DNA of 64,000 nucleotides from contig CAVRAL010000001.1 in assembly GCA_963719085.1 (NCBI GenBank), positions 1,088,001 through 1,152,000 on the forward strand, written 5' to 3'. A program made the translations under genes and the position numbers. The notes under the pieces were generated by a model. The model was not told where the DNA came from, ran no database searches, and was given only the letters and a program-made list of their open reading frames with translations. The stretch is from a candidate division FCPU426 bacterium (GTDB taxonomy: Bacteria; Oederibacteriota; Muellerivitia; Muellerivitales; Muellerivitaceae). This document shows positions 19,601 through 25,738 of the stretch, one piece after another (position 1 is the first letter of the stretch; each line of letters starts with the position of its first letter).

Positions 19601-21559
19601 ATTGTCCGCCAAGGTTAAAGGACCCAGGGTCGCCGACGCGCTCCCACCGTTGCCGCCGGTTCCGCCCACGTTGTTGTCCCCGCCCTGGCCTCCCAGCATG
19701 TTGGTGTAGTAATAATAGTAGCCATAGCCAAAAGCCAAGTTTCCGCCATTCCCTGCCCCGCCGCCGGTGCCGCCCGTGCCCGCCGTTACGCCCAAAATGG
19801 AATTGTTAAGGGAAACCGCGCCGGCCGAAAGAGCGGCGTCACCACCCGTTCCCCCGTCGCCGCCCGTATTATCGCTGCCGCCCACCCCCCCGGTGAAAGC
19901 GCCGGGTTCCGAAGAAAGGGACAAACTAACGCCGCCGCCCAAGCCGGCCCCGCCGCCATTGCCTCCCGCGCCCGCCGCCACAACCCAGGTCGCGGCGTTG
20001 GTCAGGGCCAAGGAACCTAAGGTCGCTCCCGCCGAGCCGCCGTTGGCACCAGCCGTTCCCCTGTTGTGATCAAGACCCCCTCCAGCGGTGATCGTCACGT
20101 TGCTGGAAAAAAGATAATGTGAGGTTGAACCTGTCCCCGAATCGCCGCCGGCCGCGCCCGCGCCGCCGGTCACGCTGACCGAACTGTCATCCACCGAAAC
20201 CGCTCCGGTGACGGTTAAGGAACCGTTTCCGCCCTGACCCGACGCTCCGTTGGTGTCGCCGGTTCCATCGGCGCCCACAATGGCCGTATTTGAGAAATTC
20301 GCCAAACTAAAATCGCCGCCGGAGCTGGCCGATCCACCCAAACCCCCGGCGCCGCCGCCCACGGAAAACTGGGAACCGCCGGTCATCGTCAAAGAACCAA
20401 AACTCACACCCGCGTCGCCGCCCTGGCCGCCGTTTCCGCCTTGGTTGTCATTACCGCCATTGCCCGTCAAGGCCAAGTTCAAATAGGAATTATTCGTGTC
20501 GGTCACTTGCGCGAGCCCGCCCACGCCCGCGTCGCCGCCGTTTCCGCCCGCGCCCGCCGCCACTGACAAGGTCGAGGCATCCAGGGAAACCGCTCCCCCG
20601 ACCACCAGAGCGGCGTCACTTCCGTCAGCCGCGTTACCCCCGGTGTTGCCGCTGCCACCCGCGCCGGATATGAGCGTGGAACCTTGAGTGGTCCCATCGA
20701 TGATCACGCTCCCCCCCACGCCCGCCGAACCGCCGTCACCGCCCGCGTCGCCTTGCAATTGCAAACCCGAACCGCCCGTCAGCGTAAGCCCGCCCAAGGT
20801 GGCGCCCGCGGCCCCGCTCAACCCGCCGCTCAATCCTTGGTTGTTATCCGTTCCCGCAAGACCTGTCACCGCGCCGTTCATCAGACCCGTGGCTATCTCC
20901 GAGACCGGAACCGGCCCGGTCGGCTCCGCCGCTCCGCCTTGCCCGCCCTCCACGCTCACTTGGCTGGCGTCTTCCGACACCGCCCCGGACACCGTTAAAT
21001 TCGCCGAACCGCCGACGCCGGTTGAGATTCCAGGTCCGGCTGAAAGTCCAATGGTGGAACTGGAAACCTGGAGGGTGTTGGACGCCAGGGAAACCGAATT
21101 GCCGCTGTTATTCGCTCCCGCCAAAAACAGCGCGCCGTTGTTGTCCACGGTCAAGTCGCTTGAGCCCGCCAGCGAACCGTCGTTGATCTGGATGCCCGAG
21201 ATATCGGCGGAGACCGCGGCGAGGTTGAGGACCTGAAACGCGTTCGCGCCATTCACTTGAACGAGGGCGCCCGTATTTAAAATCGTGACGTTGGCGCTGA
21301 GCGTGGGAAGGTCGGCGGTCAGGGAAATGGTCTGGTTCGAGATGCCCGAGAGATCGATGGTGCCGCCATCCGCGTTGGCGTTGATTTGATTGATGGCGTC
21401 GCCCAAGGATCCGGCGCTGTTATCGCCATTGGCGTTGGAAACAACGATATCCAGCGGCGCCGCCGAGAGGAACGGCGGCGCGCTAAAAAAACCAAGGGCC
21501 AACAGGAAAACGGCGGAGGGAAAAAGAATTCGAGTAAGGGGGGTTGAGGTTTTTTTCAA
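10700..21559 (-). CDS. Giant type Va autotransporter (3619 aa) with a glycine-rich PGRS-like passenger
   Basis: Signal peptide, a long GGxGGxGG repeat region, a passenger-associated transport repeat (FEKLGSGALTLSGANSYSGDTTISGGTL), a TPNQKAVA linker and a C-terminal beta-barrel ending GVNLGF. TTG start after GGAGG. Confidence 0.92.
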   Translation of the reverse strand: MKKTSTPLTRILFPSAVFLLALGFFSAPPFLSAAPLDIVVSNANGDNSAGSLGDAINQINANADGGTIDLSGISNQTISLTADLPTLSANVTILNTGALVQVNGANAFQVLNLAAVSADISGIQINDGSLAGSSDLTVDNNGALFLAGANNSGNSVSLASNTLQVSSSTIGLSAGPGISTGVGGSANLTVSGAVSEDASQVSVEGGQGGAAEPTGPVPVSEIATGLMNGAVTGLAGTDNNQGLSGGLSGAAGATLGGLTLTGGSGLQLQGDAGGDGGSAGVGGSVIIDGTTQGSTLISGAGGSGNTGGNAADGSDAALVVGGAVSLDASTLSVAAGAGGNGGDAGVGGLAQVTDTNNSYLNLALTGNGGNDNQGGNGGQGGDAGVSFGSLTMTGGSQFSVGGGAGGLGGSASSGGDFSLANFSNTAIVGADGTGDTNGASGQGGNGSLTVTGAVSVDDSSVSVTGGAGAAGGDSGTGSTSHYLFSSNVTITAGGGLDHNRGTAGANGGSAGATLGSLALTNAATWVVAAGAGGNGGGAGLGGGVSLSLSSEPGAFTGGVGGSDNTGGDGGTGGDAALSAGAVSLNNSILGVTAGTGGTGGGAGNGGNLAFGYGYYYYYTNMLGGQGGDNNVGGTGGNGGSASATLGPLTLADNSTFNLVGGDGGDGGGAGLGGDTEQLQPSGINFYYNAVTVGGAGVSNTGGAGGNGGDASLTVSGAVSVGSSALNIVAGAGGNARANLGGQGGSAGLTATGVMTVDAGTVSVVGGAGGGAGDVGSGALALGSSQVSDSSGNLSGVDGFSDNQGAQGGAGGSASVSLGGLNLVNSGTLFTRAGSGGLGGGAGNGSGVSDPYYPNQGTTLVAGNGGDDNLGGLGGDGGAATAAVGAVSLEGTNLNWAGASGGAGGGAGVGGSITADHFGAFKVGALAGNGGNGNSGGAGGNGGDLAVTLGPTDLDNGANLSLAGGAGGDGGAAGTGGSVSFYGNVVDNNNVTAGNGGNGNTGGRGGDAGNLLASLGDLILTNSSNLSLMGGAGGTGGLAGTGGGFSFGGSSPSSNNGILGTNGSNNSGGAGGNGGDATLLAAAVSVDSSSFNGVGGAGGTGNGLGGGNGGDVSASFNSLAITSSLNNSTFALTGGAGGADNFGGSGGNGGAAALTVAGTVAVDSTGVSVTGGAGAAAGSVGAGASTMVNTYPAYATGVTLTSGSGLDSQLGLSGGEGGAAGVSLGSLTVASGYGVNVTGGSGGTGGAAGSGGLVESFYFTETSQYTAGNGGNDNTGGMGGMGGAVTVKTGVLSLDDSALTLAGGSAGDGGAAGLGGTALFPTGGNSSQVFGGNAGSGNNGGAGGQGGSLTAGLGAVTLVDQAQLQVSGGAGGIGGEAGSGGSITENNHFDGSPFTSGVGGDDNTGGAGGDGGSVSVTAASVSIDDSTFTVAGGLGGHGGGAGNGGSDWFGGAYGGNPGDGYASQGGDGNMGGNGGNGGDAGVTLSSLAMTDGADFSVAGGAGGDGGNAGLGGSVSFGHDYGNETSVTGDGGNGNQGGDGGNGGDASLVLGGLSLSGNSNLNVTGGAAGTGGLAGLGGQTYFFGTRYSGDNVTNGIGGADDEPGAAGNGGSASLAVSGLAAVNASTVTVAGASGAAGLSNGIGSDSVTDYYTQSISLAAGNAQSGVTAGAGGNGGGAAATFGSLSLVNGSQMTVAAGAGGNGGFVGTGGAAYSLSSSYATTEVGGIGGDGDMGGAGGNGGSATVLAGAVSLDDSTLSISAGVGGNGGDAGDGGNAVLAGSDQGVAQTGNGGNSDVGGAGGNGGSAAVSFSSLALDDGSTLDITGGAGGQGGGAGLWGTAQFTGSTSYPSTVSGNFGNADTPGALGAGGSAALTVAGMVSIDSSHVTVSGAAGLSAPAQVGGAAILSQSELYMVNLTGNPGANGVTGAAGSNGGSASVSLGAASISNGSLVVAAGSGGSGAGVGMGGTLTSNPFSFYGSTYDDAATLRGGAGGSDDVGGAGGDGGNAQASAGAVSLDNSIFNVTAGLGGQGGAVGLGGNAISDAQNVDGSLVKGGTAGSDDVSGSGGVGGDAGAGLMALTLTDASQFNVLGGNGGKAGSSATPGSGQINGSNYMSGAAAGTAGTNDLLGVGGSGGEAALTVAGAVSVASGTVSVVGGGGQSGDAAAGVTEGSGGGASVSLGNLTVAGSNNPSFEILAGSGGSEGVSGIGGSGGSASLSDLGGVTVESTNLNVAAGSGGNSAFGQAGNGGSAWVSLGSNLIVDYSTNSASLNVNAGNGGSNTQGSALGGAGGSLGVTLAGELFDSGNINLIAGNGGSGTSSAGLTEGAGGDATLWTDSLVVSGNGHNISFNLKAGNGGADTGLGAAGDGGDVLFLAGAGVSVDSANANFTAGNGGNNNDAVGGSGGNATATIGQNFIVTSSQNISTFDLFGGGDGVGYALGDGTNGGARLTVSGSVSIDTSAVNVAGGSGNIFGGTVPADNGGDGVVSTTNLLLTSDLFGQYGFQTVLNISGGAGSDNHYLNTAGTGGQGALTVSGSVSMDSSAANIYGGSGGSTDNVTGGDGGGAFVTIGSNLTMTANNDGSNFTVAGGSAGADLTYYSPGVAGSGGAASLGVGGAVSVDSSGLYVDGGSGNSGGGVNSQVEGAGGNAFLSAGQLVITSNNYQATGLALGSQSIVGVYGGYGSYDNFNGDSGPGGDAAVSIHGPVSMDSSIFVAQGGDSYYGLGDTGATESNGGNAWVTLGSLVETSDPVTTSPALTSSFSVTGGAGAQDYNSDNAGNGGLAALATDGSVSIDSSHFYAAGGYGGSGSYLGGSGGDGFVSIGQNLYLTSAFNTSQFTVSGGQVGSGYYGDQLGVVSGSAALTVDGGVTVDSASLSVTGGLALDFYGAGGVAPSGGTAIASLGELILTSNAYGQAGQTIGSAAGMVVAGGAGSNNAGSGDGGDGGDAVLTVAGPVSIDAAGLTVSGGAGGYSTDSVGGQGGKASLDAGNMMLNHGASLLAEGGAGATGVSNGLGGNASVSLTSLDLADSDSSFAVEGGLDGSGSVTGTASLALGDLSGLGSVTVIGGTAEIQASSGNFGGLIAGNASFEKLGSGALTLSGANSYSGDTTISGGTLAAGNATALGSGDVVNNATLALNGPLTLSVGGDYTQSAGATLRLGLSNSSPVLVDVTGTASLDGALEIVSTTRGSRTFEILDSAGLGSTTFASVFDTLSSASVSVIYGTGAVTLAIVAPTFSDLALTPNQKAVAGVLDFLDDHSLDPGLLNILNSHPDSALPGIYNLLSPDGLTPIFKIGFSNSQMEAGLIGRQISNFWDGLGLEEGSRSAAWNTNGPRFAGNLPAGQEARMAQGLENAGPAWNVFVSGLGDFGTVTGDGNGAGYQFSTGGTMAGLQTRLGKDLMGGLMLGYTQSGSSQSTGTVNVTGGQLGVFAGFKQADLHLNGLVEAGIDNYGTERASLGGAANGSASGTQMTGQANLGFDWETDGLTISPSLSGQFTQVNVNGFIEKGSASPLTYAAQGEGYLSSDLGVQLSRVWTAGGVKFSPSLSAAWEHLYEGNDDSLTANLGSGNDFTVSGAATGTDAAILGVGLNAEFAKNLNVHVDYQNKLGMTHYAAQNFSGGVNLGF
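12540..20960 (-). repeat. Protein-level glycine-rich repeat array inside the autotransporter
   Basis: Dozens of diverged units alternate a beta-strand block (e.g. ASLTVSGAVSV, LGSLTL) with GGAGGNGG-type blocks. The DNA is very GC-rich with recurring gccgcc. Boundaries approximate. Confidence 0.85.
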
Positions 21560-21817
21560 AAAGGAAACGCCCTCCGAAAATGGAACCGATAGAGAGTGTG
21601 GGAAGAGCGTTGAAAGACCGCCGTCAAGCGGCCCCCAAATTATGGAATGTGAAAAGCCAAAGAAAAGACGAATGAAAAGCAGTATAAAGACCGTGAAAAG
21701 CAGATCAAGAATTTAATGGGCAAATCCGGGTAAATTATTTCCCTCTTCCCCGAACCGAGGTACCTTTTTTTGTTGGAACTTTGTCCGGCGAAACTAATCC
21801 GCTCGACAAAAAATACC

Positions 21818-21852
21818 AAAAAAAAGGCCGGCGTGATAACCACGCCGGCCTT
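21818..21852 (-). terminator. Intrinsic terminator of the sigma-70 gene
   Basis: AAGGCCGGCGTG-N5-CACGCCGGCCTT stem running into a T8 tail on the minus strand. Confidence 0.9.
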
Positions 21853-21873
21853 CAACCCCAATTTTAATTTTTC

Positions 21874-23688
21874 TTAATTCAAATATTCCTTCAACATGCG
21901 GCCCCGGGAAGGATGCCGTAATTTTCGAAGGGCCTTGGCCTCAATCTGCCGCACGCGCTCGCGGGTCACGTTGTACACGTTCCCCACTTCTTCCAAGGTG
22001 TGCGCGGAGCCGTCTTTCAAGCCAAAACGCAGGCGCAAAACCTCGGCCTCGCGCTCTTTGAGCGTCCCCAAAACCTTCGAGATATGCTCTTGAAGCAGCA
22101 CGAAAGCGGCCGCGTTATCCGGGCTGACGGCTTCCTTATCGGCGATAAAATCGCCCAAGTGGCTGTCGGCTTCCTCGCCGATGGGCGTTTCCAGCGAGAT
22201 GGGGTTCTGGGCGATCTTCAGGACGGCCCGCACCTTTTCCGCCGGCATATCCATGCGTTTGGCGATCTCGTCCGCCGTGGGCTCATGGCCCAATTCCTGC
22301 ACCAATTCGCGCGACGCCATCAAGGACTTATTGATGACTTCATGCATGTGCACCGGAATACGGATCGTGCGGCTCATATCCGCGATCGCGCGGGTAATGG
22401 CCTGGCGGATCCACCAGGTGGCGTAAGTGGAAAACTTATAGCCCCGGCGGTACTCAAACTTTTCCACTCCCCGCATCAACCCGATGTTCCCTTCCTGGAT
22501 CAAGTCCAGGAACGGCAGGCCGCGGTTGTTGTATTTTTTGGCGATCGAAATGACCAGCCGTAAATTGGCTTCCACCAATTCCATCCGGGCGTAATAAGCC
22601 TCGCGCTCGCCGGTGCGGATGGTTCGCATCATGACCTTGAGATGCTCCAGGTTGGTCAGGGCCTCTTTCTCGAGTTTCCGGATTCCCTTGCGCGACGCGT
22701 CCCACAAAAGGCAGGCCTGCAGAAGCGCCTCGCCTTTGAGGGCGCTGTGCTTCTCGATGCTTTTCAGGTTGGGATGTTCCGTGTCCTTGAGCAAGCCCGG
22801 AAGCTTGATGTAAAGCGCGGGAGGCAGCTGCATCTTCTTTTCCTGCGCGTGCATGATGTGTTCCTGCTCCTCGATGGACTCGCCGCGTTCCCGCAGGGCG
22901 GCCGTGAGGGCTTCCTTCACCTTCTTATGGAACTGGCAATCCTTGACCAGCCAGATGAGGTCAATGAGCTTGGCGTCCAATTGCTCCATCAGGGCTTTTT
23001 TGGCCTCGGGTTTCAGCGACTTCAGCGTCACCTTGTGCTGAAGGGCCTTAATTTGCTTTTCCTGGACCTTGAGCTTGGCGTGGTTTTTGCGCAGCTTAGC
23101 CAATATCTTTTTTTCCGGCGGGCCATTCGGCAGTTCGTCGTACTGGTCCAGGTTCATGGTTTCTTTGAGGGTCTTCTTTTTAGTGAGAATGTCGTTGAAA
23201 AGCTCGTGCAGTTGTTGGAATCCCAACAGCGACCCCAAGACCACTTTATCGGCCTTGAATTCACCGGCCTCGATGCGTTTGGCGATCGCGATTTCTTCCG
23301 CGCGGGTCAAAAGCGAGATCCGCCCCATTTGGTGCAGGTACATTTTAACGGGATCGCCGATACGGGTTTCGCTTCCGGCGACTTGGAGGGCCTTGTCGAA
23401 CTCATCGGCCTCGTCGTCCGAGTCCTCTTCCTTCACGATCTCCCCGGGAAGCAGGGCGACGGTTTCTTTTTGCTCGTCCGGAATCGCGGTGACCTTCTCC
23501 GCCCGCTCCACGATTTTGATGTCGTTCTCACCCAGCATGAACAAGATGTTGTCGATCTCCTCCGAGGAGACGACCTCGTGCGGCAGAATATCGTTCACTT
23601 GCTTATGGGTGATGTAACCTTTTTCTTTTCCCACGGCCAGAATAAGCTTGGCGTGGTCCGACTTGTTCTTGGGGGCTTGTGGCTTCAC
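21874..23688 (-). CDS. rpoD: RpoD-like (group 1) sigma-70 factor
   Basis: Region 1.1 (GKEKGYIT), 1.2 (DPVKMYL), 2 ([35 protein letters not shown]), 3 (PISLETPIG) and 4 (TLEEVG...[19 protein letters not shown]). Start set to GTG 23688 after GGAG. Confidence 0.93.
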   Translation of the reverse strand: MKPQAPKNKSDHAKLILAVGKEKGYITHKQVNDILPHEVVSSEEIDNILFMLGENDIKIVERAEKVTAIPDEQKETVALLPGEIVKEEDSDDEADEFDKALQVAGSETRIGDPVKMYLHQMGRISLLTRAEEIAIAKRIEAGEFKADKVVLGSLLGFQQLHELFNDILTKKKTLKETMNLDQYDELPNGPPEKKILAKLRKNHAKLKVQEKQIKALQHKVTLKSLKPEAKKALMEQLDAKLIDLIWLVKDCQFHKKVKEALTAALRERGESIEEQEHIMHAQEKKMQLPPALYIKLPGLLKDTEHPNLKSIEKHSALKGEALLQACLLWDASRKGIRKLEKEALTNLEHLKVMMRTIRTGEREAYYARMELVEANLRLVISIAKKYNNRGLPFLDLIQEGNIGLMRGVEKFEYRRGYKFSTYATWWIRQAITRAIADMSRTIRIPVHMHEVINKSLMASRELVQELGHEPTADEIAKRMDMPAEKVRAVLKIAQNPISLETPIGEEADSHLGDFIADKEAVSPDNAAAFVLLQEHISKVLGTLKEREAEVLRLRFGLKDGSAHTLEEVGNVYNVTRERVRQIEAKALRKLRHPSRGRMLKEYLN

Positions 23689-24118
23689 TGAGTCTCCGCT
23701 TCTTGAAATCATCGTTGTTGAAACGATGGCCCGAAACGCCTGTTTACTTAAAAACCACGGCGCGGGGGGTATCTATTGTACCCCATCCATCGGCCTTTCG
23801 GGGATTCGTCTGAATGAAAAGTTCGCCTCGGCGGGGCCCTTGTCGCCTAGTTCATTATTGACCATAGGCCATGCTTAAAGCATGTGGGACCCGCCCCGGG
23901 TCAAACCCAAATATCGGTAGGAAGAGCCTGATTTTCGAGGGGTTTGCGCAAATTAAAGGCGGAAAAAGCACGCCGGCGAGAGCTTTTTCCTTCAGGTTTT
24001 TCGCCGCCCCGGGGGCCTTCGCGAGCCATTAGTTTTAGCAAAAGGGCGGGCGTTTCTTTATTTTACGCGGAGGGCCCGAGTTGAAAATACGCCTAAACCG
24101 GCGCCTGGGTTCCCGCGC

Positions 24119-24709
24119 TTATTTTTGAGTGGGCTCGGCGGGTTGATAGCAATGACCGACAACACCCGACTCAAAAGCCCTGGACTTTAAAAGTTTAAGG
24201 GGGATTCTTTTTTCAATGCCTTCAAACAGGGCCTTCCCGCGGCCCAAAGCCACCGGATGAACATTGATCCAGTACTCGTCGATCAGGCCCATCTGCATCA
24301 AAACCTGGGGAAATTTCGCCCCGCCCCACATCATCAAATGTTTCCCGGGTTGTTGTTTTAAGATCGCGATTTCCATTCCCGCGTCCCCCCGCACCAGGCG
24401 CGCGTTTTCCCACTCCAGGTTTTCCAACGTTTTTGAAAAAACAATTTTCGGGGTCTTGTCGAGCCAGCGGGAAAATGCCTTGTCGGATTCCGAGCTTTCA
24501 CGGTTATGGGCGACCGCCGGCCAATAGTTTTTGAACTCTTGGTAGATCACCCGGGACATTAAAACCGTGTCCACCTGATCCAGGATGTCCTGGATGTGCC
24601 GCCAATTTTCCTTGGTGCGCGCGTGAGGGAAGGCCCAATCCATCTCGCCATTGGGCCCGGCGATGAAACCGTCCAGGGAGGTCTCGACTTTAAAAATAAC
24701 TTTTCGCAT
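24119..24709 (-). CDS. Dihydrofolate-reductase-fold protein (RibD C-terminal domain family)
   Basis: MRKVI...SLDGFIAGPNG, PKIVFSKTL, GG, GLIDEY and PVALGRGKALF motifs. Start could be ATG 24784. Confidence 0.88.
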   Translation of the reverse strand: MRKVIFKVETSLDGFIAGPNGEMDWAFPHARTKENWRHIQDILDQVDTVLMSRVIYQEFKNYWPAVAHNRESSESDKAFSRWLDKTPKIVFSKTLENLEWENARLVRGDAGMEIAILKQQPGKHLMMWGGAKFPQVLMQMGLIDEYWINVHPVALGRGKALFEGIEKRIPLKLLKSRAFESGVVGHCYQPAEPTQK

Positions 24710-25007
24710 CTCACGGCCCTTGCCGCCCTTGAACCCCTCGTACTTTTCCCGGATCATCCGGCCGACATCCATCAGTGTTTTCATGGGCCCACTATCCCCA
24801 TTCCGAGGGCGAACCACAATAGCCCGCGAAAATTAATCAAAATATTTCAAGCGATCACTTTGATACAAAATTTATCATTCCGAGAATTCTCAAGCGCCGA
24901 TCAAAGTGATGGAAATTAAATATTTTCAAAGCGGGGCCTCCCATCCTTGTGGTTCAACGCCGGATCAGCCATAGTCATTCCAGCGAAAAAGAATCAAGGA
25001 GACGAAA

Positions 25008-25601
25008 GTGAAAAAAAGAATTTTGAGTTGGTTGATGCTTTCCCTGATGTTCACCGCCGTTACCGGTTTATGCCGGGCGGATGAGGACGCGCGCATCATT
25101 GGTAAAATGGGTGAAAATTCGCCGACGGATCACCTGCGGAAAGCTTCCCTCTATATGGTCTTCAACGGCGCCAAAGCGGAAGGCTTGCCGGCTGTCCCCT
25201 CGGGAGCCGAGACCCGGTTTTATTCCAAGGTTTGGGACGGGTTGTACCTGCAAGCCACCAGCGAATCCGGTGATCACGGCATCGCGGGTTACCAGTTCTA
25301 TTTTTCCAAGGATGAGGCCGGCCAGGATACGTTAGACACCGTGGAAGCCAAGGACGGCCCTTCGCTGAGCGAAATCACCGCTATGGATTTCCGCAGCGAC
25401 GACAACTTCACCATCCGCCCCCTGAAACCGGGACCGGGTACGCCGGCCGACCGCGGAGCGTTCCGGGTCATTTCCTATGACGGCTTTAGCGCCACGATCC
25501 GGGTTCTCGAGTTCACCCTCGGGGACGTCAACCTGCAGAAGAAAGCCTATTTCAAAAGCCTGTCCTGCCTGGTGACGGTTTGCGAAAAGGCTTCAAACTA
25601 G
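25008..25601 (+). CDS. Secreted hypothetical protein
   Basis: AAGGAG RBS, GTG start, signal peptide ending LCRA, followed by a terminator. Confidence 0.7.
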   Translation: MKKRILSWLMLSLMFTAVTGLCRADEDARIIGKMGENSPTDHLRKASLYMVFNGAKAEGLPAVPSGAETRFYSKVWDGLYLQATSESGDHGIAGYQFYFSKDEAGQDTLDTVEAKDGPSLSEITAMDFRSDDNFTIRPLKPGPGTPADRGAFRVISYDGFSATIRVLEFTLGDVNLQKKAYFKSLSCLVTVCEKASN

Positions 25602-25650
25602 CATCACGCTTTGAAATCCGAACATCGATAAAATAGGTTCGGAAGGTCCG

Positions 25651-25684
25651 AAGCCGTCCACTCCCAAGAGTGGACGGCTTTTTT
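25651..25684 (+). terminator. Intrinsic terminator between convergent genes
   Basis: AAGCCGTCCACTC-CCAA-GAGTGGACGGCTT followed by a T-tract. Confidence 0.9.
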
Positions 25685-25738
25685 ATTTGATCCCAGCCAA
25701 AAACGGGAACCGCCGGCGCGCGTCCAACCCGCCATCCT

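Noticed and set aside
12540..20960. Ice-nucleation (InaZ), RTX or collagen repeats in the autotransporter
   Set aside because: No AGYGSTxT octapeptides, no regular GGxGxDxL nonapeptides and no continuous Gly-X-Y. The pattern is GGx-type.
22642..23691. 349-aa plus-strand ORF, and similar ones at 10595..11644, 30481..31494 and 31518..32453
   Set aside because: Antisense shadows of rpoD, the autotransporter, cheB/cheY and the MCP.
23713..24118. ncRNA in the long gap upstream of rpoD
   Set aside because: Only short imperfect hairpins and no recognisable RNA family motif.
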